This document shows, piece after piece, positions 1 to 7,579 of a DNA stretch of 7,579 bases. This stretch comes from Naegleria gruberi. Taxonomy: Eukaryota. Positions within the stretch are counted from its first letter, which is position 1, and each line of letters opens with the position of its first letter. Below the pieces are notes generated by a model. The model searched no databases. It worked only from the letters and a program-made list of their open reading frames with translations, and was not told the origin of the DNA. The translations under genes and the position numbers were made by a program. The stretch is taken from assembly GCA_000004985.1 (NCBI GenBank), contig GG739129.1; one strand, written 5' to 3'.

Positions 1-81
1 GGTAGTCTTGAGGTTTAACCGAAAGTATACACTTGCTACTAGGTAGATCGTTATTACTAGTAGGTGGTGGACTAGGCTAGT

Positions 82-121
82 CAAAATTTGAATTCACACA
101 ATAATTCAGTGTGAAAAATCA
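82..121. repeat. Copy A of an imperfect direct repeat (caaaatttg ... agtgtgaaaaatca); contains a 7-bp stem hairpin at 93-115
   Basis: caaaatttg[aattcacacaataattc]agtgtgaaaaatca at 82-121. ttcacac (93-99) and gtgtgaa (109-115) are reverse complements with a 9-nt loop. Confidence 0.5.
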
Positions 122-258
122 GAGTGATGTTGATGATTAGAAGTATCTTCTGCACCTTCGAAAATGAATATTAAAGATTTTTCAAATTCGTAGGATATTT
201 TGGTGTAGCAGAGAAGCAGTTGTGATGATATTTTTTTCAGTCAAAGATTTAAAAATAA

Positions 259-360
259 ACTCGTCGTCGATATTACCACAAGCCTTGGCGGATTTTTTAA
301 ATTTGATTGGCGGCAAACTTTGCAGTAAAGGAAAACTGTAACTTCTCACTGAACCAATGT
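259..360. promoter_or_regulatory. Small CpG-rich island with two TTGGCGG motifs and two CCAAT boxes (candidate promoter elements)
   Basis: tcgtcgtcga at 261-270. TTGGCGG at 285-291 and 307-313, 22 bp apart. The rc of the second motif, TTTGCCGC, fits an E2F-like TTTSSCGC pattern. Inverted CCAAT (ATTGG) at 306-310 and direct CCAAT at 354-358. This is the only CG-dense patch in an otherwise AT-rich flank. Confidence 0.3.
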
Positions 361-541
361 TTACAAAACTGATTTGGTTTGCAAAAAGCCTTTTTAGTGT
401 TGGGCCGAAATTAGTGATTGTCTTTTTATTCCTTATGTTTATTTTTCTTATTAATGTAGTGAATAGAATTCAGTTTTATTTATTTGTTATTCAATGAATT
501 CAAAGAAGTCCTGAGTTTTATTCGAAACCACCACCTTCAAA

Positions 542-567
542 CAAATTTTGCAAGTGTGAAAAAATCA
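542..567. repeat. Copy B of the same imperfect direct repeat (caaattttg-ca-agtgtgaaaaaatca)
   Basis: caaattttgcaagtgtgaaaaaatca at 542-567 matches copy A except for the 17-nt internal segment present only in A and single-base length differences in the A/T runs. Confidence 0.5.
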
Positions 568-846
568 TGAAATGCCCAAAGGCAATTGAATCTCACCTAT
601 GGAATTCACAATTTAGGTCACACCCTAGTGCATTCTCTGATTCTGGAAATTATGGATCATTTGCTTGGAAATTTCAACTCCCTTTTCAAGTTCAAAGTTA
701 GCAGAGTAATGAAAAAGTATTGAAAGGTAAAAAATGGATATTACTGTAGGAAATAAGTAGATAATTGTATTTACAATGATAATAATTCTTCATCACTACG
801 GTTTTTCATCAACAAGCCTAAATATTATTATCTTTTGGAAACCCGA

Positions 847-918
847 ATGAGTTGCTGTGGTACCATAAATTGGTGCAAAATGACTTTATTTTTAATGGAG
901 TTTGCTCTATTGATTTTC
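847..918 (+). CDS. Possible 5' end of a coding exon running into the N block (frame 1; ATG at 847 or 880)
   Basis: Frame 1 is open from ATG 847 (MSCCGTINWCKMTLFLMEFALLIF...) to the gap edge. A second ATG at 880 has A at -3 and is followed by a hydrophobic stretch (MTLFLMEFALLIF), which is signal-peptide-like. Only 24 codons are visible. Frame 0 is open but has no ATG. Frame 2 is closed (TAA 866, TGA 881). Confidence 0.2.
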
Positions 919-3900
919 NNNNNNNNNNNNNNNNNNNNNNNNNNNNNNNNNNNNNNNNNNNNNNNNNNNNNNNNNNNNNNNNNNNNNNNNNNNNNNNNNN
1001 NNNNNNNNNNNNNNNNNNNNNNNNNNNNNNNNNNNNNNNNNNNNNNNNNNNNNNNNNNNNNNNNNNNNNNNNNNNNNNNNNNNNNNNNNNNNNNNNNNNN
1101 NNNNNNNNNNNNNNNNNNNNNNNNNNNNNNNNNNNNNNNNNNNNNNNNNNNNNNNNNNNNNNNNNNNNNNNNNNNNNNNNNNNNNNNNNNNNNNNNNNNN
1201 NNNNNNNNNNNNNNNNNNNNNNNNNNNNNNNNNNNNNNNNNNNNNNNNNNNNNNNNNNNNNNNNNNNNNNNNNNNNNNNNNNNNNNNNNNNNNNNNNNNN
1301 NNNNNNNNNNNNNNNNNNNNNNNNNNNNNNNNNNNNNNNNNNNNNNNNNNNNNNNNNNNNNNNNNNNNNNNNNNNNNNNNNNNNNNNNNNNNNNNNNNNN
1401 NNNNNNNNNNNNNNNNNNNNNNNNNNNNNNNNNNNNNNNNNNNNNNNNNNNNNNNNNNNNNNNNNNNNNNNNNNNNNNNNNNNNNNNNNNNNNNNNNNNN
1501 NNNNNNNNNNNNNNNNNNNNNNNNNNNNNNNNNNNNNNNNNNNNNNNNNNNNNNNNNNNNNNNNNNNNNNNNNNNNNNNNNNNNNNNNNNNNNNNNNNNN
1601 NNNNNNNNNNNNNNNNNNNNNNNNNNNNNNNNNNNNNNNNNNNNNNNNNNNNNNNNNNNNNNNNNNNNNNNNNNNNNNNNNNNNNNNNNNNNNNNNNNNN
1701 NNNNNNNNNNNNNNNNNNNNNNNNNNNNNNNNNNNNNNNNNNNNNNNNNNNNNNNNNNNNNNNNNNNNNNNNNNNNNNNNNNNNNNNNNNNNNNNNNNNN
1801 NNNNNNNNNNNNNNNNNNNNNNNNNNNNNNNNNNNNNNNNNNNNNNNNNNNNNNNNNNNNNNNNNNNNNNNNNNNNNNNNNNNNNNNNNNNNNNNNNNNN
1901 NNNNNNNNNNNNNNNNNNNNNNNNNNNNNNNNNNNNNNNNNNNNNNNNNNNNNNNNNNNNNNNNNNNNNNNNNNNNNNNNNNNNNNNNNNNNNNNNNNNN
2001 NNNNNNNNNNNNNNNNNNNNNNNNNNNNNNNNNNNNNNNNNNNNNNNNNNNNNNNNNNNNNNNNNNNNNNNNNNNNNNNNNNNNNNNNNNNNNNNNNNNN
2101 NNNNNNNNNNNNNNNNNNNNNNNNNNNNNNNNNNNNNNNNNNNNNNNNNNNNNNNNNNNNNNNNNNNNNNNNNNNNNNNNNNNNNNNNNNNNNNNNNNNN
2201 NNNNNNNNNNNNNNNNNNNNNNNNNNNNNNNNNNNNNNNNNNNNNNNNNNNNNNNNNNNNNNNNNNNNNNNNNNNNNNNNNNNNNNNNNNNNNNNNNNNN
2301 NNNNNNNNNNNNNNNNNNNNNNNNNNNNNNNNNNNNNNNNNNNNNNNNNNNNNNNNNNNNNNNNNNNNNNNNNNNNNNNNNNNNNNNNNNNNNNNNNNNN
2401 NNNNNNNNNNNNNNNNNNNNNNNNNNNNNNNNNNNNNNNNNNNNNNNNNNNNNNNNNNNNNNNNNNNNNNNNNNNNNNNNNNNNNNNNNNNNNNNNNNNN
2501 NNNNNNNNNNNNNNNNNNNNNNNNNNNNNNNNNNNNNNNNNNNNNNNNNNNNNNNNNNNNNNNNNNNNNNNNNNNNNNNNNNNNNNNNNNNNNNNNNNNN
2601 NNNNNNNNNNNNNNNNNNNNNNNNNNNNNNNNNNNNNNNNNNNNNNNNNNNNNNNNNNNNNNNNNNNNNNNNNNNNNNNNNNNNNNNNNNNNNNNNNNNN
2701 NNNNNNNNNNNNNNNNNNNNNNNNNNNNNNNNNNNNNNNNNNNNNNNNNNNNNNNNNNNNNNNNNNNNNNNNNNNNNNNNNNNNNNNNNNNNNNNNNNNN
2801 NNNNNNNNNNNNNNNNNNNNNNNNNNNNNNNNNNNNNNNNNNNNNNNNNNNNNNNNNNNNNNNNNNNNNNNNNNNNNNNNNNNNNNNNNNNNNNNNNNNN
2901 NNNNNNNNNNNNNNNNNNNNNNNNNNNNNNNNNNNNNNNNNNNNNNNNNNNNNNNNNNNNNNNNNNNNNNNNNNNNNNNNNNNNNNNNNNNNNNNNNNNN
3001 NNNNNNNNNNNNNNNNNNNNNNNNNNNNNNNNNNNNNNNNNNNNNNNNNNNNNNNNNNNNNNNNNNNNNNNNNNNNNNNNNNNNNNNNNNNNNNNNNNNN
3101 NNNNNNNNNNNNNNNNNNNNNNNNNNNNNNNNNNNNNNNNNNNNNNNNNNNNNNNNNNNNNNNNNNNNNNNNNNNNNNNNNNNNNNNNNNNNNNNNNNNN
3201 NNNNNNNNNNNNNNNNNNNNNNNNNNNNNNNNNNNNNNNNNNNNNNNNNNNNNNNNNNNNNNNNNNNNNNNNNNNNNNNNNNNNNNNNNNNNNNNNNNNN
3301 NNNNNNNNNNNNNNNNNNNNNNNNNNNNNNNNNNNNNNNNNNNNNNNNNNNNNNNNNNNNNNNNNNNNNNNNNNNNNNNNNNNNNNNNNNNNNNNNNNNN
3401 NNNNNNNNNNNNNNNNNNNNNNNNNNNNNNNNNNNNNNNNNNNNNNNNNNNNNNNNNNNNNNNNNNNNNNNNNNNNNNNNNNNNNNNNNNNNNNNNNNNN
3501 NNNNNNNNNNNNNNNNNNNNNNNNNNNNNNNNNNNNNNNNNNNNNNNNNNNNNNNNNNNNNNNNNNNNNNNNNNNNNNNNNNNNNNNNNNNNNNNNNNNN
3601 NNNNNNNNNNNNNNNNNNNNNNNNNNNNNNNNNNNNNNNNNNNNNNNNNNNNNNNNNNNNNNNNNNNNNNNNNNNNNNNNNNNNNNNNNNNNNNNNNNNN
3701 NNNNNNNNNNNNNNNNNNNNNNNNNNNNNNNNNNNNNNNNNNNNNNNNNNNNNNNNNNNNNNNNNNNNNNNNNNNNNNNNNNNNNNNNNNNNNNNNNNNN
3801 NNNNNNNNNNNNNNNNNNNNNNNNNNNNNNNNNNNNNNNNNNNNNNNNNNNNNNNNNNNNNNNNNNNNNNNNNNNNNNNNNNNNNNNNNNNNNNNNNNNN

Positions 3901-6192
3901 NNNNNNNNNNNNNNNNNNNNNNNNNNNNNNNNNNNNNNNNNNNNNNNNNNNNNNNNNNNNNNNNNNNNNNNNNNNNNNNNNNNNNNNNNNNNNNNNNNNN
4001 NNNNNNNNNNNNNNNNNNNNNNNNNNNNNNNNNNNNNNNNNNNNNNNNNNNNNNNNNNNNNNNNNNNNNNNNNNNNNNNNNNNNNNNNNNNNNNNNNNNN
4101 NNNNNNNNNNNNNNNNNNNNNNNNNNNNNNNNNNNNNNNNNNNNNNNNNNNNNNNNNNNNNNNNNNNNNNNNNNNNNNNNNNNNNNNNNNNNNNNNNNNN
4201 NNNNNNNNNNNNNNNNNNNNNNNNNNNNNNNNNNNNNNNNNNNNNNNNNNNNNNNNNNNNNNNNNNNNNNNNNNNNNNNNNNNNNNNNNNNNNNNNNNNN
4301 NNNNNNNNNNNNNNNNNNNNNNNNNNNNNNNNNNNNNNNNNNNNNNNNNNNNNNNNNNNNNNNNNNNNNNNNNNNNNNNNNNNNNNNNNNNNNNNNNNNN
4401 NNNNNNNNNNNNNNNNNNNNNNNNNNNNNNNNNNNNNNNNNNNNNNNNNNNNNNNNNNNNNNNNNNNNNNNNNNNNNNNNNNNNNNNNNNNNNNNNNNNN
4501 NNNNNNNNNNNNNNNNNNNNNNNNNNNNNNNNNNNNNNNNNNNNNNNNNNNNNNNNNNNNNNNNNNNNNNNNNNNNNNNNNNNNNNNNNNNNNNNNNNNN
4601 NNNNNNNNNNNNNNNNNNNNNNNNNNNNNNNNNNNNNNNNNNNNNNNNNNNNNNNNNNNNNNNNNNNNNNNNNNNNNNNNNNNNNNNNNNNNNNNNNNNN
4701 NNNNNNNNNNNNNNNNNNNNNNNNNNNNNNNNNNNNNNNNNNNNNNNNNNNNNNNNNNNNNNNNNNNNNNNNNNNNNNNNNNNNNNNNNNNNNNNNNNNN
4801 NNNNNNNNNNNNNNNNNNNNNNNNNNNNNNNNNNNNNNNNNNNNNNNNNNNNNNNNNNNNNNNNNNNNNNNNNNNNNNNNNNNNNNNNNNNNNNNNNNNN
4901 NNNNNNNNNNNNNNNNNNNNNNNNNNNNNNNNNNNNNNNNNNNNNNNNNNNNNNNNNNNNNNNNNNNNNNNNNNNNNNNNNNNNNNNNNNNNNNNNNNNN
5001 NNNNNNNNNNNNNNNNNNNNNNNNNNNNNNNNNNNNNNNNNNNNNNNNNNNNNNNNNNNNNNNNNNNNNNNNNNNNNNNNNNNNNNNNNNNNNNNNNNNN
5101 NNNNNNNNNNNNNNNNNNNNNNNNNNNNNNNNNNNNNNNNNNNNNNNNNNNNNNNNNNNNNNNNNNNNNNNNNNNNNNNNNNNNNNNNNNNNNNNNNNNN
5201 NNNNNNNNNNNNNNNNNNNNNNNNNNNNNNNNNNNNNNNNNNNNNNNNNNNNNNNNNNNNNNNNNNNNNNNNNNNNNNNNNNNNNNNNNNNNNNNNNNNN
5301 NNNNNNNNNNNNNNNNNNNNNNNNNNNNNNNNNNNNNNNNNNNNNNNNNNNNNNNNNNNNNNNNNNNNNNNNNNNNNNNNNNNNNNNNNNNNNNNNNNNN
5401 NNNNNNNNNNNNNNNNNNNNNNNNNNNNNNNNNNNNNNNNNNNNNNNNNNNNNNNNNNNNNNNNNNNNNNNNNNNNNNNNNNNNNNNNNNNNNNNNNNNN
5501 NNNNNNNNNNNNNNNNNNNNNNNNNNNNNNNNNNNNNNNNNNNNNNNNNNNNNNNNNNNNNNNNNNNNNNNNNNNNNNNNNNNNNNNNNNNNNNNNNNNN
5601 NNNNNNNNNNNNNNNNNNNNNNNNNNNNNNNNNNNNNNNNNNNNNNNNNNNNNNNNNNNNNNNNNNNNNNNNNNNNNNNNNNNNNNNNNNNNNNNNNNNN
5701 NNNNNNNNNNNNNNNNNNNNNNNNNNNNNNNNNNNNNNNNNNNNNNNNNNNNNNNNNNNNNNNNNNNNNNNNNNNNNNNNNNNNNNNNNNNNNNNNNNNN
5801 NNNNNNNNNNNNNNNNNNNNNNNNNNNNNNNNNNNNNNNNNNNNNNNNNNNNNNNNNNNNNNNNNNNNNNNNNNNNNNNNNNNNNNNNNNNNNNNNNNNN
5901 NNNNNNNNNNNNNNNNNNNNNNNNNNNNNNNNNNNNNNNNNNNNNNNNNNNNNNNNNNNNNNNNNNNNNNNNNNNNNNNNNNNNNNNNNNNNNNNNNNNN
6001 NNNNNNNNNNNNNNNNNNNNNNNNNNNNNNNNNNNNNNNNNNNNNNNNNNNNNNNNNNNNNNNNNNNNNNNNNNNNNNNNNNNNNNNNNNNNNNNNNNNN
6101 NNNNNNNNNNNNNNNNNNNNNNNNNNNNNNNNNNNNNNNNNNNNNNNNNNNNNNNNNNNNNNNNNNNNNNNNNNNNNNNNNNNNNNNNNNNN
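919..6192. other. 5274-nt run of N (assembly gap or hard-masked region)
   Basis: Seen directly: uninterrupted 'n' from 919 to 6192. ORFs in the supplied track crossing it are poly-X artefacts. True length and content are unknown. Confidence 0.99.
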
Positions 6193-6962
6193 TCAGACAA
6201 GTGACTTTTGCATCTCTATTAGATGATAACCAAATGTTTGAAATTGCCACAACTACTTACAACCAACAAAAATCAGAAGAACCAGAACATTTAGCCAGAA
6301 TTGCTAAAGAATTTTCTGTAAAATCATTTTCTGTTTTAGAGTTATTGGACGTACTGGACAATGTTGATTATTCAAATTTATTGGAATATTTTGAAGATAT
6401 TAATGTGAAAAATACTAATTCAGTATTATCAAATAATTTACAATACTTGTATTTTATTGCTATTATTGAGGAAAATGGAAAAATTATTGATGCCTTGAAG
6501 TCAACTCCAAAATTAGAAACTATTAACATAGATGGCCAGAAAATATCCTTAACAAAAGACATGTACTATATTAATGGTCCTCTTCATAGAGCTTGTGTCC
6601 TTGAATATCTTCCAGCAATTCAATGGTATTCGAATAAGTATCCACATTTTCACGAAGAACAAGGCATTGATTGTGGTTATCCTTTAGAAATTGCGATTGA
6701 GAATAGAAATACTATTATTTTTGAGTGGATATTCAATAATTGCAATTTATCGAGTAATGTGTTGAGTAATGCATTGGTGACTGTGGCTGATATTAATGGC
6801 AGTGCCGAGTGGGCTCAAAATCTCATTAAAAAAGGGGCATCCATAGAATTCGTTCAAAAGTATGCAAAGGAAAATGGTAAACAACATTTAATTACATACA
6901 TTAACAAAAACTGTGAAGACAACAAATCTTGGAATTTCTTTAAATTTTTCAACAATAAATGA
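6193..6962 (+). CDS. 3' part of a protein-coding gene with a C-terminal ankyrin-repeat-like domain (5' end lies in the N block)
   Basis: 256 stop-free codons in frame 0 in an AT-rich sequence, TGA stop at 6960-6962. Translation ~6547-6880 (...NGPLHRACVLEYLPAIQWYS..., ...CGYPLEIAIENRNTIIFEWIF..., ...NALVTVADINGSAEWAQNLIKKGASIE...) fits the ankyrin pattern (G-TPLH-A, then a helix pair, then GA), three degenerate repeats. AATAAA overlaps the last two codons (6954-6959). Domain assignment is by eye, not by HMM. Confidence 0.6.
6954..6959 (+). terminator. AATAAA poly(A)-signal-like hexamer overlapping the last two codons of the ankyrin-like CDS
   Basis: aat aaa tga: AATAAA at 6954-6959 immediately before the stop. 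Confidence 0.35.
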
Positions 6963-7018
6963 TTAAATGATGAGGTTTAAATTTACTGAATCAAGTTGAA
7001 CCACATAGTAATTTGAGA

Positions 7019-7024
7019 TTTATT
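7019..7024 (-). terminator. AATAAA poly(A)-signal-like hexamer (minus strand) ~80 nt downstream of the kinesin-fragment stop
   Basis: The + strand tttatt at 7019-7024 reads AATAAA on the minus strand. It lies in the 142-bp convergent intergenic spacer 6963-7104. Confidence 0.3.
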
Positions 7025-7104
7025 GCTTGAAAGGATTTACTTCAGAGTTATCAACTTCCTTATACTTATTTCTTTTCATTTTCATTCTCAATGGTTGAAT
7101 AATC

Positions 7105-7579
7105 TTATTTGAAATCCATGTAGAGAATCGTAGATTGATTCGAAGAACTATCCTTGCTAAGACTTTCAACTCTAATGATGAAGATAGAATGGGATTGAGC
7201 AGGATCTTGATTTGTTCTTGTTGACAGTGAGAGCCTATTATTGTTTCCTATTTTGATTATATCAAGCATTTCATCTTCGGTTGTGACATATTCTTCTGTT
7301 AATCTATCAACGTAAACTCCTCTCTTTGGGGAATCAATTATAGTTAAATCTCTCTTTTCCTTATCAAATAAATCATTGATTTTTTCATTATAAATTTCGA
7401 GGAAGGAACAACCAATCTTATATTCAATATTCTCATCTCCACTTCTAATAATTTCAAACATTTCCTTTGCAGTTCTTGGAATTAATCCAAATAATTCTTC
7501 CTTGTCAAGTGATCCAATCATTGTATATGTTTTTCCTGCTCCTGTCTGTCCGTATGCCATCATTGTTACATTAAAGCCT
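7105..7579 (-). pseudogene. Kinesin motor-domain N-terminal half (P-loop to degenerate switch I), truncated before switch II; 5' end beyond window edge
   Basis: Minus-strand translation ...GFNVTMMAYGQTGAGKTYTM...LIPRTAKEMFEII...IEYKIGCSFLEIYNEKINDLFD...VYVDRLTEEYVTTEDEMLDIIKIGNNNRLSLSTRTNQDPAQSHSIFIIRVE...STILYMDFK* aligns colinearly with the kinesin-1 motor domain ([20 protein letters not shown]...IIPR...FHIKVSYFEIY...[24 protein letters not shown]...KLYLVDLAGSE). The frame stays open to the window edge at 7579, so the N-terminal ~80 aa lie outside. TAA stop at 7107-7105 where switch II DLAGSE should start. No GT splice donor near the stop, and only 142 bp to the convergent neighbouring gene. 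Confidence 0.8.

Noticed and set aside
642-674. Duplicated tggaaatt (645-652, 667-674) as STAT/NFAT-like sites
   Set aside because: Spacing within ttctggaa is 2 nt, not the 3 nt of TTCnnnGAA. Two 8-mers in AT-rich DNA are within chance expectation.
800-846. Bacterial-style sigma70 promoter plus Shine-Dalgarno site upstream of ATG 847 (tattat at 823-828, gga at 837-839)
   Set aside because: -35/-10 spacing does not fit (about 12 nt). The motifs are generic AT-rich sequence, and the gene content is eukaryotic. Equally readable as a TATA-like element (taaatatt 819-826), which is also unproven.
1-918. Search for tRNA, rRNA, CRISPR repeats or prokaryotic operon structure in the left flank
   Set aside because: No cloverleaf-compatible segment with a GTTCRA T-loop box, no regularly spaced direct repeats, and no ORF of at least ~60 aa. 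Kinesin and ankyrin content plus AATAAA signals point to a eukaryotic context, so prokaryotic defence-system models do not apply to the visible sequence.
6368-6562. 64-aa ORF on the minus strand
   Set aside because: It lies entirely antisense within the much longer, well-supported + strand coding frame. Its translation is low-complexity with no recognisable motif, typical of a chance antisense ORF in AT-rich coding DNA.
818-6962. Four giant ORFs in the supplied track (818-6250 -, 828-6200 -, 835-6204 +, 852-6962 +) spanning the N run
   Set aside because: They exist only because N translates to X and never to a stop. The + strand 'starts' at 835 and 852 are TTG codons. The N count need not equal the true length, so frame continuity across the gap carries no information. 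Only the visible ends (847-918 and 6193-6962) were evaluated.
7105-7107. Possibility that TAA is read as glutamine (ciliate nuclear code), letting the kinesin ORF continue
   Set aside because: About 10 glutamines in the adjacent 256-codon ankyrin-like ORF and those in the kinesin ORF are all CAA or CAG, with no in-frame TAA or TAG. That is improbable for a ciliate. Even if read through, the next residues (QDYSTIENENEKKQVQGS then TGA) do not restore DLAGSE.

Overview
About 70% of this window (919-6192, 5274 nt) is an uninterrupted run of N, either an assembly gap or hard masking. Only 918 nt on the left and 1387 nt on the right can be read, and anything interesting inside the N block cannot be seen. 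The long ORFs in the supplied track that cross it (818-6250, 828-6200, 835-6204, 852-6962) are artefacts: N translates to X, and the two '+' ones start at TTG. The readable DNA is roughly one-third GC by eye, uses the standard genetic code and looks like a compact AT-rich eukaryote. It holds a minus-strand kinesin motor-domain gene, poly(A)-like hexamers, and no prokaryotic hallmarks (no CRISPR array, tRNA or rRNA).

Right flank: a '+' strand open frame runs out of the N block (6193-6962, 256 codons, TGA stop) and its C-terminus looks like degenerate ankyrin repeats. Converging on it, 142 bp away, is a '-' strand ORF (7579->7105) that is clearly the N-terminal half of a kinesin motor domain. 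It keeps the GQTGAGKT P-loop, has a degenerate switch I (PAQSHS instead of SSRSHS), and stops before switch II (DLAGSE). It is most likely a truncated kinesin pseudogene or pseudo-motor.

Left flank (1-918): no ORF of at least ~60 aa. It contains a small CpG-rich island with two TTGGCGG motifs and two CCAAT boxes, a GAATTCA heptamer present four times, an imperfect ~40-nt direct repeat, and a short open frame (ATG 847 or 880) running into the N block.

I cannot substantiate a novel multi-gene system from the visible sequence. The kinesin fragment is the most unusual item.
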